Origin: Octopus sinensis
Taxonomy: Eukaryota
DNA length: 64,000 nucleotides
Direction: 5' to 3'
Assembly (NCBI RefSeq): GCF_006345805.1
Contig: NC_043017.1
Span: 15,686,001 to 15,750,000, forward strand
The stretch's first letter is position 1. Each line of letters opens with the position of its first letter. A program made the translations under genes and the position numbers. The notes beneath the pieces were generated by a model. The model did no database searches, was not told the DNA's origin, and saw only the letters and a program-made list of their open reading frames with translations. Positions 48,671-62,827 of the stretch are shown here, in pieces.

Positions 48671-51600
48671 TAGGACTATATATAGTCTGGGGGTTTCTGA
48701 GAAACTTGGTATTTGTAAATGATGTAGAGAGTCATAGGCAATGTGTTTCACCAAGGGGTATAGTGTTTAGGCATGTGTTTGAGGGCTGATTTCGTAGGTC
48801 CATCCCCATCTTGTTGTTATGATTCTACAAACCATAACAAAGGAGTTTAAGAATGGGAGGATCCATCAGTGTGAACCTTTGTCTGTTGATAGTCAAGTTT
48901 CCTAAGGTGAATCTGTCAAAAAGTTAGAGAAGATTGATCTGGTAGAATCTGCTTGATACACAAAACAGAACATGGTAGAAACTGTACAATGGTAGAAACT
49001 AACCAATGGGTACCCAAAAGGAATTGGTGGGTTTACTATGTCAGGCTGATAGAGAAGGACGACTGTATGTTGCTGATGCATTAGAGACATCAGTGAGAGT
49101 ATGGTTTGCTTTCAAATGCTCAGAAGGGTCCCTCACAGTTGTTGGGAGATTTTGGTACCGAGGGGAACTCATTAGCAGTGGAAGTGGGTTTGCTGAAAGT
49201 GTAGTAGTAACCAGGGTAAGAATTGGGTGTAAAAATAGTTTAGGGAGTTATGATGTTGGCTGGTGACAAAGGGATTCTTTCTTGAAGTGCTGGAGTGTAT
49301 GATAACAAAGTATGAGTTGTGAATGGCCTGTTTCACTGGATGTCTAATGTATATAGGAGTATATATGATGGAGAGGAAAACTGGAAATCAGATGTGAGAG
49401 AGAAGAAATTGCATTGGTGTGGGAGGATGACTGTTGGGTAAAGAAAATAGCAAGGGGCCAAAGAAAAACCAAGGAAGAAATGGGGAAAGCTGAAGTTTGT
49501 ATCCCTGTAGTACCTCTGATAGGAGATCTTCACATGGTATGGCTGTGTCTATGGAAATTTCATGCCCTCTTATAATATACACATGAACACGTATGACAGG
49601 CTTCTTTCAATTTCCGTCTACCAAATCCACTTACAAGACGTTAGTTGGCCTTGGGCCATAGTAGACAATTTTCCAAGGTACCATGCAGTGGAACTGAACC
49701 GAGACCATGTGGTTGGGAAACAAAACTTCTTTAGCACATAGCCACACCAGAGCCTATATATATATAATGTCAGTACTGTATATAGAATACGAATTTGTCT
49801 ATAGTACCTGTGTGTAGTGTATGTAGTGTGTCCATAGTACCACAGCTAACAAAGGAATGCAACAAGTGGGAAGAGATCAAGTCGGAGAAAAAAAGGTCCA
49901 ATCCAAGCAAGCCTGGAAAAACAGATGGGATACGTGTGTGTGTGTGTGAGGCTTACCATATTGGTATTATTATAATTAATTGTATATAATATTGAATACC
50001 TGTTGCTAACATGTGTAAGCTGATTAGTGTGTATGAAAGGTGCAAATCTTGTAATCTAAGGGAGGAAAAACACTCCCTTACCTTTGTTACTATAGAAATA
50101 TGTAAATCTATGTTTTGTAATTTGTATTGTAACTTCTGTGTGTGTGTGTGTGCCTTTAAGTATCTGTCCAATATGCAGTGTGTATGTGTGTGCGAAAGAT
50201 ATTTGATCAGCTGCTCCCTGTATTGTATGACTATTTCAGTCTGTATGACACATTTGTGTGTGACCAGATGTTGATTGTATAGTATAGCTGTATCTATGAA
50301 GGTTAGAGCCACCTATAGTGTTTCTATTGGATATAGACTTCAGTTGCTTTCAGTCATGTCGCATTTTACTGCTCACTTCCTGAAATGTAATATACCCTTC
50401 AATCCAGTAAACACACGTATATAGTGGCCACCCCATATGATTAGCACATCCCACATAACACCACTGGTTCAGTTGTATATAATAATAGAGTACTGTTAGT
50501 TCTGCTGTGTATGTATAGTGTATTTGGAGTGTCTCTAAAATACTCCAGTGTACAATGTAGTGGAGTATCTCTATCGTAACACAATATATTGTGTATAAGT
50601 ACCTCTACAGTACTCCAATTCACAGGGTGTATAGTGTTTCAATAGTTCTCCTAAGTGTAATGTTTAGAAAGTTTCTATAGTACCTTTTTGTAGTGTATAT
50701 AATGTCTTTACACTGCCGGGATACTTTGTGTGTATGTATTGTGTATAAGTTAAGAATTGGTGACGAATGAAAAGTTTGAAAATATAATAAGTTTTCATTG
50801 TATATATTGAGTCCAGAGAATAGTCTGAGATTGAAATCATAATTCCTAAATTTAACAGGAAAAAATGGATAAGTTTGTTGGTGTAATTGGTAGCACACTT
50901 ATCAGGAAAATAAGAGGTGTGGGTTCAATCCCATTGTGTACTAATAACCACTCTTTTGTGTGTCATGGGTTCCTACGCCCCAATATTGGACTATTTTCTA
51001 TAATTAATATATACAGTGAAACCTTATGTTTACAATACACACACACACACATGGTCTTCTTTCCAACCATCTGTGAAAATGTGTGGTCATGAGAAATGAG
51101 AGGTGGTGGTGACAGGAAGGGTATCCAGCTGAAGAAAATCTGCCTCAATAAACTCATTCTGACCCATACTAGCACCAAAGAGTGATCTCTCTCTTTCACA
51201 CACATGTCAGTGTTGATTGTGTGTATACACACATTGTCGTCATCATGTGTTATGTCCTGTTGGCATTTGTCTGACTAAAGTTATTGGAGAATGAAAATAA
51301 GACACGTGGAATCCACATTCTCTCACACACACGTAAATGAAGGCTTCCCTACAGTTTCCATTGATTAATTCCACTAGCAAGTCATTGATAGATCAGGGAT
51401 ATATACTTTACCCATCATACTGCAGTGGGGTTAACCCTAAAACCATGAAACAATGTGTGTGTGTGTGTACCCTTGTCTAATGTCTCTTTACCCATGATGG
51501 CATAGAGAGATGGCTCAACAAAAACTGATTGGCCAGAGAACAATATATGTGTGGTGTGTATAGTGTCAATCATTGTGTGTATAAAGATAACTTGTAATCA

Positions 51601-51728
51601 ATACATGTCCATTGATAGCTAAATATACAATAATACCTTTTATCTCCTGTTTCTTGATTTTCTTTAGTCTGTTCTTACATATCACTTAACTAAATAAATT
51701 ACTCTTGTACTTACTGACTCTTTCTCTC

Positions 51729-51785
<57 letters not shown>

Positions 51786-53679
51786 ATATATATATATATA
51801 CGTTGTGTTCTTGAGCAAAAGACTTCATTTCACATTGCTCCAGTCCACTCAGCTGGCAAAAATGAGTAACGCTGCGATGGATTGGCGTCCCGTCCAGCTG
51901 GGGAACACACACGCCATAGAAACCGGGCCCATGGACTTTAAACGGGTGCATATATATATATATACGTATATATATATATATATATCAGATGTGTTATACT
52001 ATTCCACAGCCATGCCAACAATCCAACATACCTCCATCATCAGCTGCCCGTTTTCCATATTGGCTTGGGTTGGACAAGCCAGAGGGCTGCACCCAGCCCC
52101 AATTGTCTGTTTTAGCAGGGTTTCTACAGATGGATGCTCTTTCTAATAGCAACCACTTTACAGAGTGTACTGGGGGCTTTCATCTGTGGCTCAGCACCCA
52201 CAGGGTCACAGAGTAGCAGCTGAGAGGGGCAGTGGCACCGAGGTAATCGGTGGGGTGCCAGGCAAGAGGTTAGAGTATATAATAGAGGGACAGAGATAGT
52301 TCTCTCTCCCCCGCCCCCAGTAGGACAGGGAAGGAGAGGAAGGTGGGAGGAGTCAGAAAGGTAGAGAGACAGTCAGAGGCATGTATTGGGGCTTACCTAC
52401 AGGGAACAGTGGAGATGTATATACTACCGACAAGGTTGCCCATCTTGTTAGAAACAGGCACCACGTATCCCTCAAAGTAAAGCAAAAACACAAAAGGAGT
52501 GAGAGAGGACATATTGGGTAATGTAGTTTTGTCACGGCCTGACAAAATAATGAAAATGATGGGATGGTCATGAATGGAATGTTTTTGATGATCATAAGTT
52601 TGTCTCAATCTCCTGGCCCTGGGTTAAATAACAATCCTGTCCTGTGTGTTGTAAGAAAACCCAGTATTTCTATGCTGTCTTACAGGTTAATCTTGTATAT
52701 TATTGCAAGTTACCATGGTTAACAACTGTAGAACCCAGTGACACACCTTAAAACTCCCCCCTATTTCTTCCTCGCTCCACCCCACCACCAATGTGCATGT
52801 CTTTAAAAATGGTTGTGCTCCAGTTTTAGGGATTTTCACACTTGTTCCATTTAGAGCAAATTAAATAAATAAATATATGTATGGCAGTTGATTGTCAACT
52901 TGTCTTGTTACAAGTATGTGTGGGAGGATACTTGCATATCGGATTCGGTGATTGTGTACGTTTTGTGTGTGTGTGTGTGTGTGTGTTAGAGAGAGGTGCT
53001 TTCATTCAAAGTGCAAGCATTGAGAAAACTATTAAAGTCTATTGGTGTCTTTACCGTCAGCAGTGGATGGCTACACCACCACCACACTCCCACTCTGATA
53101 TATATCATAGACTTATTACTACTACTACTAATAGTGGAACAGTCAGCTTGGCTTGTTCAGTAATAACACCCTTCGCTTCTGCCTGGGACTCATTCTCACA
53201 TGATAAGCACATCTCACGTGACTGGCCACACCCCCTTTATTTCTTCTTCTTTTTTTGTATTTTGGGCCTCCACCAGCTCTGTGTGTGTGTGTCGCTTGTT
53301 CCTTCTTTTCTAAATATCTTCATTCTATTATGTATGAAGTTACAAAATGGGGCGTTTTTCAGTTTAAATGGAAGTTTGTATCCACGTGTGTGTGTGTGCA
53401 TACTATATGTGGGTTTATTAATACGGAGTTTGTCTATATCTTCATATTCTTTAGCATTATTCTATGTGTGTGTTATTGATATATTCAGTGCACAAACTAT
53501 TTAGTAGATAATTTGAAATGTAATGGAAATTATGTGGTTAAGAGTTTTACTTCTCAACCTCATGGTTTCAGGCACCTTGATCAAGTTTCTTCTATGACTC
53601 AGGTCTGGTCAAAGCCTTGTGAGTGAATGTGGTTGATGGAAGCTGAAAGATAGATATGTGTATGTATGTATGTATATAT

Positions 53680-53712
<33 letters not shown>

Positions 53713-54066
53713 TGTGTGTGTTTGTCTCTCCTTGTCTTGAATCTCGCATGACAGTTGTCTTCCTGAAAACATGTCTGGTCATGGAGAAATATTACCTTGC
53801 TTGAAAACAGGTGAGGTTAAGCAACAGGAAGTGCATCTGGCTGTAGAAAGTCTACCACAGTGAACATCATTGAATCCATGCAAGCATGGGGAAATGGTCA
53901 TTACAGTGATGGCAATTATAATGTGAAATGTAATTTTTTTTTCCCTGTGGACAGAAAAAAAAAAAAAGATTGATCCAATAAAGTTTCAGTTATTTTTCTA
54001 TTTTCATCACAGAATGGACACCTCTTTTTTGTGTTCATAAAGAGGTTAATAGTTTCTGCTTGTTTA

Positions 54067-54439
54067 TCTCTCTATATATAAACGGCAGTTTGTCTGTGCG
54101 TGTTTCTGTGTGTCTGTTTGCTTGTACCCTCACCCTGACCACGGCTTTCAACCGATTCTGATGAAACTTGATACACACATAGCCCAATGTCATAATTCAA
54201 AACTAACGCAGCGAAAATTTTGAAAAGTTCCCCCAGTTCTGAAAAAAATCGATAAATTCGACATGGGGTCGAGAATCAGAAACACAAACCACAAACTGTC
54301 TAGGGGACGCAACTCCACCTTTTTAACTCTCAAAAAAAATTTACCATCATTTTTTTGCTATTTTTTGGCTATAACTCTCTAAAAATGCTTTATAGTTATT
54401 TCCCTTACAAACCTGAGCAACGCCGGGCGATACTGCTAG
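54067..54439 (+). mobile_element. non-autonomous Helitron
   Basis: A|TC start (atctctctatatataaac), subterminal hairpin cctgagcaacgccggg, CTAG|T end. Confidence 0.75.
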
Positions 54440-55219
54440 TAGTAAATACAAACCAAAACTCATCAAAACCAAGTTTCATTAACAAGAAATAATATAGCTT
54501 GTATTAATAATAAACCATAAATTTTATGTGTATCACCCCCAACCCATATACACAGTTCTTAATAAATTTGTACATTTATGTGTGTTTATATATACATACA
54601 TACGTACTATGCATGAAGATTTGTGTCATTCTTTACATTTTCAGATTGGTTGGCACACTACCCCTCCCTCCCCGTGTACTCCTCTCCACTGAATCCTTCC
54701 CGGACTTTCCACACTAATACACTCATTCTCAGTCCCACTTGCCATATACCCTCACCCCTCATTCCCTCCTCTCAGGGGCTCCTGGTTGATGAAGAGTCCT
54801 CTTCTGGTTTCCTCATATCTCTTTCTTTCTCTGTGCCTCCTGCCATCACTGCCATAGGATCTGTCGCTGTCTATGAGAGCAGCAACTTGCATGTGGTAGA
54901 TGTGGACTCTGTTGGTTGTAGGGAAGGCAACCTATTTAAGAGAGAAGACACTTCTTGCTGACAGACAAGCTCTCTAGTGTTTTGTGGTTTGCTAAATTGC
55001 ACCCAGTTCCTGCTATTAATTCAGTGGGTAATTGGAAGGGTAGCCAGCTTGTTTGGCGCAACACATTCATGTCAAACTCATGCAAAACTCCAATTGTATT
55101 TACGGGACTAACACTGAGTGTTTGTGCTGCACACAGTAGTGAGGTGATTAGGTGGAAACATCTGGCTATGTGTGAGAATTTCTTCATCATCATTAAGTGA
55201 TTGTACATTCCCTTTCAGG

Positions 55220-56430
55220 TGCAGAAAACAAAGGTATCGAGCGTCAACCCTCCCTCCATGGGAGATCCCCTTCCTCCTCTCAGATAGAAACTTCAGGGCT
55301 GTCTTTATTAATATTGACCCAGTGACAGGTAAATCTTGTGGGATTATAGAGTTGCTAGAGTGGCGGTCAGTAGGTGTGTGCTGTGTACAAGAGGTGAGAT
55401 GGAAAGGCGCTTCAGCCAGACCTTCATGGGCAAAGAACTGCATTAAAAATTCTTCTGAGAAGGGAGCAGTGTTGGTTTATGTGGGCTAGATTCATTAGTA
55501 GACAGATAATGTGATTGAACTATCTAGAATATGTGACAGAATAGTTAAACTTAGATACAAGCAATAGTTATCTTTATGTTGTACAATCAGGACTAACTGA
55601 TGAGTGAAAAGACTTTTAACGAAGCCCTGTGTTGCAAACCACCTCAATAATAAATAAGACACATCATTATCCTAGTTATAATGGCTACTCTAGACTACAT
55701 GGTGGATTTTGCTTGGGTTCTAGGAATGATGAGGGATAGAGGCTACTGGAGTTCTGTGATACAGAATGGACTAACCATTTGCAAAGACAAATTTCAGGAA
55801 ACCAACCAACCATTTGGTCACCTTCCAATCAGGTAAACATTCAACCCAGGAATTGGATTGGGCAGGTTGTTGCAAATACAAAGTTCTCCAGTGAAGAATG
55901 TACCACCAAGCATAGAATACTGATTAGTGACTTTAGAATAAGAGATTGACTGAGTGGCAAAAGAGAGTGTGGAGAAGAAAGGCAAGCAAGAGGAGGAAGA
56001 GATAGAAATCTATAGAGAACAACTGGAAGTTTCTATAAGATAACCCTGTGAAAACCATAAACTACATCAGTGGCTGGAGCATGGCACCAGCTAGATGGAG
56101 GGTCACCTGGAGGAGGGGTAGCATTGTGAATAGAGCCATAAAGGCCAAAGATGGTCCTGGAAAGAATAGAAGAAAGAAGGCGGCTAAGAGGATTGCCATG
56201 TCTCTAAAAAGAGAAGAGTTAGATGAGGACAAGTGTAAAGAGGATGCAAAGAGACTGAAAGATGGAGGTTTGTCAGTGTTTGTGGCTGGAGAATTTGAGG
56301 TGTTCCAGATTGCAAAGTGGTGTCAGCAAGACAGACTATGATATTATTTGGGGAAATGCTTTGTATGATTGTGACACACTTTCCCTAATTGAGAATGAAG
56401 AGGAGGACAGCTGGATACTGGTGTACATTG
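55220..56430 (+). pseudogene. RTE LINE AP-endonuclease region, decayed
   Basis: IELLEWRSVGVCCVQEVRWKGASAR resembles the RTE motif LxRRxVDICCxQExRWKG. Confidence 0.7.
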
Positions 56431-56437
56431 ACAAGAA

Positions 56438-57410
56438 GAGGGTTTAGCTATGGGTTCACCATTATCACTGATAATAGCTAATATATACAATATATACAAG
56501 GAATACTTTGAGAATTTGGCTTTAGGATCAACACCACTAAAACCAACACTATGGCTGTGATATGTTGATGGCACCTTCATACTCTGGCCCCACCAGGAAG
56601 ATGTCCAAGTACTGTCAGATCATGTGAACTCAATAAAGCCATCCATACAGTTCACAATGGAAAAAGAAAAAGACAATCAGCTGGCATTCCTGGACGTATT
56701 AATAACACACACCAAGTATGGATTCAGGACATTCGTATACCACAAGCTAACTTTCATTGGATGATACCTCAATTTCAACTCCCACCATCCAGACAGTGTA
56801 AAGAGAGGGATTGCTCAGGGCCTAAAACAGTGAGCAATGAATATAAGCAGCGATCATGATACACTCCACGAAGAAATGATCAAGCTCAATAACGATTTGT
56901 TAAGCAACAACTACCCCCAAAAACATACTATCCACTCCAATTATGAAGAAGAGAGAGGATGAGGCCAATAAACTGTCCACAGTCTGTCTACCCCATGGGA
57001 AAGGCCTCTCCGAAAAGATACAAAAGATATGCGACCCATATGACATCAGGACAGTATTCAAGAGGAATACAACACTTTGCAAATATCTCCTTTGAGTAAA
57101 ATCCTCAATAGAAGAGAATATGACCAAAGACTGCGTGTACTCCATCCCATGCAGCTGTGGTAGGTTATACAAAGGCGAAACATGCCACCCCCTCAAAATA
57201 AGGGTAGAGGAGCATTGCAAAGCTGTGACACGGGGAGATGTTGATAAACCAGGTATAGCTGATCATGTATGAGAAAATGGAGAGCACCTCCCCCTGTGGG
57301 ATGAAGTTAAAATAATAGGCAGAGAACACCACTGGAAAATATGGAAACTAAAAGAAGCAGCACATATGCTAGGACACAACAACCTTCTAAGCAGACCAGG
57401 AGAATATTAG
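56438..57410 (+). mobile_element. Penelope-like element (Poseidon-like), RT 3' half plus GIY-YIG, pseudogenised
   Basis: GLAMGSPLS, W.*YVDGTF, IQFTMEKEKDNQLAFLDV, YLNFNSHHP, VYSIPCSCGRLYKGET. Confidence 0.9.
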
Positions 57411-57449
57411 ATTTATAAGCCCTATAATTCACTCCATAATTGCCCACGG

Positions 57450-57640
57450 GCATATGGCGTAATGCTTAAGTGCACGGGCTACTAACCCCAAGATTCCAAG
57501 TTCAATTCCAGGCAGTGACCACATTGAAAAATACTTTAGGAATGAGAACCCAGGTTTGAATCAGCCTTAACATTGTGTTAACAACAAACAAGATGAGGAA
57601 AAATTGGTCCATCAATTGTAAATAATGTTTGCTATTGCAC
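57450..57640 (+). mobile_element. tRNA-derived SINE (further family)
   Basis: gggcatatggcgtaatgcttaag...ccaagttcaattccagg: A- and B-box-like motifs. Confidence 0.5.
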
Positions 57641-57709
57641 TTGTCTCACAAGATGGGTTTAATAGTAAAATAATACCAACAGTTATACTGACAAAATGCT
57701 TTCCATTAA

Positions 57710-57848
57710 CCCTTTAGCATATTAGGCCCAAATATCCAATCTGTTTTATGTTTAAACAGCTCAGATCCTGTTATTCTTAAAATACACAATTACATCATTG
57801 AAATCTCAAAGCTACAAGATAATGCAGAGTAATCTGGATGTTAAAGGG
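57710..57848. mobile_element. piggyBac-type MITE
   Basis: ttaa|ccctttagcat ... atgttaaaggg|tgaa: CCC/GGG TIRs with a TTAA site, one side mutated. Confidence 0.65.
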
Positions 57849-58084
57849 TGAAGGATACGAAATCAGGGAAAGTATCTGGGGCAGTTCCTGGTGTAATGAA
57901 AAAGGGCTAAAGCTAATTAATATAACCAACCAGGTAATATGGGGAGGTGTCATACCTAATAACTGGTGTAATCCTCCACTGATATCAAACTGATGGGTCA
58001 GGTAGGGAAATTAACAGAATTTGTCCTACATTGGAGACAATGGCTAGAGAAGTTCCTGGCTTCTCAGCCTCCTATTTCTTTCAT

Positions 58085-58590
58085 GTAGAAGAAAGCCTTT
58101 GACAGAATGCCACAATCTCTATTGTGTGATGGTTACTAACAAAACTAAAAGTTGATGAATGGCTGGTGAGAGCAGCCCAAGCCATGTACAGAGATAGTCA
58201 AAGTGTGGGTTAGCCATGAGTTCAGTGAGGAATTTAGTGCCAATAGGTATCCATCTGAGTTCAGTTCTTAACCTCCTCCTCCTCCTCCTCACAGTTTCCT
58301 AGGCCATAACAATGTCTTTTTAAGACCAGTTGTCTGTAATAACTCTGATATGTTGATGGTTGAGTTCTTATAGAAGAAACTATGCAAGATTCACAAAAGA
58401 AATTCCAAACGGAAATGATAGTGAATGAAGGGGCCTCGGAGTAAACTTAGCAAAGATAAGGTTTTAGTAAATAGGAAAGAAGTCAGGACTCTGTTAGTAT
58501 CAGGGAAATGGCTACGGTCAGTAAGAAGAAAAGAAATTGGTAGACATTCCATATGGCGTGCCCAAGATGAACAAAACAAGGTATAGTGGA
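58085..58590 (+). pseudogene. RTE LINE RT fragment, possibly the continuation of 55220-56430
   Basis: KAFDR, DEWLVRAAQAMYRD, GLGVNLAK, SGKW; many frameshifts. Confidence 0.7.
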
Positions 58591-59040
58591 ATGAAAGGCA
58601 AGCTGACAATGAGTAAAGACTTTGTGGTAGGTGTAGAGGAATAGGGAGCTGGCTGGGCATCAGTAAAATAGATTCCAGGGGGGAGGGTATGCTGGGATCA
58701 TAGTAGAGAAAATTCAGGGACCACAAGGGGCTTCTGAAAGATGAATTGTGCAATACTGTGTTGCTGATGGGCAGTGAATACAAAGGAGGTGGGAAAGATG
58801 TTGAGCTATTTATAGCTAGTTAGCTATGAAGTCCTGCGTTAGCCCATCATAAGTTATTAAGGCCTTAAGCTCCTCAGTTGTCTGAAGCCCATAAGAGGGA
58901 AATTAAGAATCTTTGTCAATGAAAATAAATTCATAATCAACCCAACTGTTGAGATATTTATTTTTGAGTTTTGCATGGCAGCTTGAAGTCCTTGCTTTCA
59001 GATAAAGCAGGAACCCAACCGTTATGATGACATTTGGAAC

Positions 59041-59607
59041 TGTTGCAAGGGACAGACCTGAACATAAATACAGTTGAGATCTGATGCCAGGAATTACAAA
59101 ACCTTAACATCTGCATAGGGTCATGTCTATCCATGAGTTTGCACCAACACAGCAAGATGATTCAAAGTGTGTTTCAAGGCGTAAACATTCCACCGTTTGT
59201 CTCCGAGGACAGTTGGTCATTTATCTTACTGTTGCAAGGGACAGACCTGAACATAAATACAGTTGAGATCTGATGCCAGGAATTACAAAACCTTAACATC
59301 TGCATAGGGTCATGTCTATCCATGAGTTTGCACCAACACAGCAAGATGATTCAAAGTGTGTTTCAAGGCGTAAACATTCCACCGTTTGTCTCCGAGGACA
59401 GTTGGTCATTTATCTTACTGTTGCAAGGGACAGACCTGAACATAAATACAGTTGAGATCTGATGCCAGGAATTACAAAACCTTAACATCTGCATAGGGTC
59501 ATGTCTATCCATGAGTTTGCACCAACACAGCAAGATGATTCAAAGTGTGTTTCAAGGCGTAAACATTCCACCGTTTGTCTCCGAGGACAGTTGGTCATTT
59601 ATCTTAC
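59041..59607. repeat. tandem triplication, 3 x 189 bp
   Basis: Units start at 59041, 59230 and 59419; no differences found by eye. Confidence 0.95.
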
Positions 59608-61136
59608 CTGATCTAAATCCTTGTAACTTTTAGTTGTGGAGTGTCATAGAGGACAAGTCCACCTCAACACCACACAGCATTGTCACTGTACCAAATTGTG
59701 CCATGAGGAAGGCACAACTGTTGTGGCCATTCCCTTCCCTATTCAGTCAGTTCCGTTGGATGGAGGATGGATTGAATGTCTTGTGACAAATCAGGTTTCA
59801 GGTTTCTATCTTTTTGTTTACCTTAGTTACAGGATTAGAAAGCTCCTCAACACAAACGGCCTCTATTCAAACTGTCCATCCACAAATGCGGGTGTGCGTA
59901 TTTACATATGTATCTACAGACATTTAAACCATGCATAGACACACATGGCCTAATGTATATCATTTGTGCTGATTCTATTTCATTTGTAGTAAAGAAATTA
60001 CTATTATTAACATCATCATCAACAGCATCAGCAGCATTATCTTGGCTTGTGTGAGTGGATGGTGGGTTTCTTTTCTTTTCTTCTTTGCTGTTGTTAACAA
60101 CAATTCACTGTTGTCTCCTGTAAAAGTCTTCTCTTGGCTGTTGCTACCTCGTTGCTGTGCTGCAGCAGCAGTTGTGGTGGTGGTCGTGGTTGGGGTTGGG
60201 GTTGATTGTTAGACATTTCTCTGATACATTGTCGTCATATTGTGGCATCTGTTAAAGCCAACTGTTCAACAGAAGAGATGGGGGGAGGGCGCCCCTGGGA
60301 GGGAATTAGCAAACAGTAACAAATGTATCCAGGGACACCAGTCTTTGGTGATGTCATAGTAAGATTGGTACTGTTAGTAGTTGTAATAGTACTGATGTCT
60401 GTAGTGGTCATGTTGTAGTAGCTGTCCTGTAATACACATGTAATACCCACCATACTATCACACATACACACATTTCTTCCACCCTGGATAGAGAGAGGTT
60501 TTCTACCCCCATCAAACTACTCTTCAATCCACCACCCAGCCATCAACATCTTTCTCTGCCATTTCACTGCTGCTATTTAACCATCGGTCAACTATGACCA
60601 CTCAACATAGGAATAGTGTATCTGAGATCATAGTAGTCAGTGTGTCCTTAATTTAGTTAACAGTATAGTCTGAGGGAGATATAGCTGTTGTTTCTAACAG
60701 CTCTAGTGACTGCATAATATGCCTTTACTGTTGTTGCTGCTACTGCTACTATTACTACTATTTCGTTGATTAAACGAAATTCAATTAGTCACTTAATTTT
60801 GCTTGATTTCTCTCATTGTCAGCTGATGCAGTGTTAAAGTGCAGCAGACCCCACCCCACCCCTCTGTCAAACTATGTTCTTTGCTTGTGTCTGGTGTAAT
60901 GTGTATGCAGATGTACCTGTGTGTGTGTGTGTGCATGCGCGTGTGCTTCCTGGTTAACTCTTTTGCAGTTGTGTGGCATGGATTTGTCTTAGGCACACAA
61001 AAAGAAACAACTAAATATATATGTGTGTGTATATATATATATATATATGTGAAAGCATGTGGTATATAACAACATGCGATACTTCTGGTTGATGTACTCA
61101 TTCATATATATATATATATATATATATATTGTTATA

Positions 61137-61580
61137 TAAGGTGGAAAGCTTTCAGAATCGTTAGCATGCTGGATGAAATGCTTAGTGTATTTCGCCCCTC
61201 ACTATGTTCTGAGTTCAAATTCTGCTGAGGTCGACTTTACTTTTCATCCTTTCAGGGTTGATAAATTAAGAACCAGTTTAACACTGGGGTCGATGAAATC
61301 AACTTATCCCGTCTCCCAACATTGCTACCCTTGTGGCAGAATTTGAAACCATTATTATTGTTATATAAGGTGGCAAGCTAGCAGAATTGTTATCATGCTG
61401 GGCGAAATGCTTAGCAGTTTTTCATCTGTCGCTAAGTTCTGAGTTCAAATTCTGCTGAGGTCAATTTTGCTTTTCATCCTTTCTGGGTCAGTAAAGTAAC
61501 AGTTGAACACCGGGGTCAATGGGATCGACTCATCCTCTCCCCCAAAATTGCTGCCCTTGTGGCAAAACTTGAAATAATTA
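61137..61580 (+). mobile_element. two tandem Meta-like SINEs with (ATT)n tails
   Basis: Each begins aaggtgg(a/c)aag.. and ends ttgaaa(cc) plus (att)n. Confidence 0.8.
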
Positions 61581-62468
61581 TTATTATTATTATTATAATA
61601 ATATGTATATATAATATATAATAAGCATTTTATGTGTGTGTATGTCTTATTGTTATCTATAAATAAACATCAATAAATGATAGATGATATAGACACACAC
61701 ACACACAAAACGCTTATTTCAAAGTTGACGGTCTACTCTGAGTTTTGCCCTCAGCTAAGCTGTCCACGGCTGTTACAATGTTTGCAATATGTGAAATATA
61801 TTATTGATATACTTTACTACTGCTATATTATTGATAAATATCAAAATATATATTTGCTTTTGTGTCATAATCTGATTTGATACCTGTTCTCTGCTCATTT
61901 ATGCTTTTCTTCTGTTTCACACACACATTTTTGTCTTACGACCTTATCTTCGGTATCATTATTATTTCCATTATTTTGTGTCTTGCTACTAGTTTATTAA
62001 GCGACTGATAATCACAACCTGATCCTATTTCCAATTCACATCGACTGAGGCTTTGAATGTAACCTTAGAAACAACATTTCTATCACTAGCAACAACTTGC
62101 CCTCACCGTTAACTAGTCGGTCATATCGGCTCATTATATAACCAAACCTATGACTCAGTTATACTGCTTGCTTATTATATACAATAGCTACGTGAAAATA
62201 TACACCATACTTCTACTCAGGCTTTTCTCTATTGAGTGCTTCTTTTATTAATCTTTGTCTTTATGTAAATTTAGAGATAAAAACACAAGTATCTGTGTGT
62301 ATGTGTGTGAAAGACAATATAAAATCAAGTCTAGAATGAATGGTGCTAGGTATGTTTTTGCTTTTCTTTTTTCTTGTTTCATTTGGATGCTTATAATGTA
62401 CAATTTCATTAATACACACACCCAGGGCATTACACAGTTTCTTCACTTTTGGTTAGTTTATGATGATG

Positions 62469-62499
<31 letters not shown>

Positions 62500-62827
62500 G
62501 TGTGTGTGTGTATTAAACAGACAGCAAATATTTTTAAAATCATTATTTAGAGTTTTGGAAATTATCTGTTTTTAATTTCTTTTGATGATGATGATGATGA
62601 TGATGACTTTGGACATGAAATCTGCTTCAGCTCTGAAGAAACTGGGACCATTTTTTAAAAAGATTCAAATTATGTTTAAAATTTTGTAAAAAAAATGTTT
62701 AATTCTGTAGGAACAAAAGTTTAAATCCCATCAAAGAGAAAGACAAGTATATCATAAGGATGACAACATTGGTTGTGTCTGGTTGATAAAATAGACATAG
62801 TCGGGGAAGATTGTTATTATTATTATT

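Noticed and set aside
59636-59938. 100-aa ORF (CHRGQVHLNTTQHCHCTKLCHEEG...LDGGWIECLV)
   Set aside because: Protein-like, but no family was recognised, it starts at GTG, and the donor sites are weak. It cannot be supported without a search.
60000-60480. Thr/Gln/Pro-rich minus-strand frames
   Set aside because: Stops interrupt every frame; consistent with decayed trinucleotide repeats.
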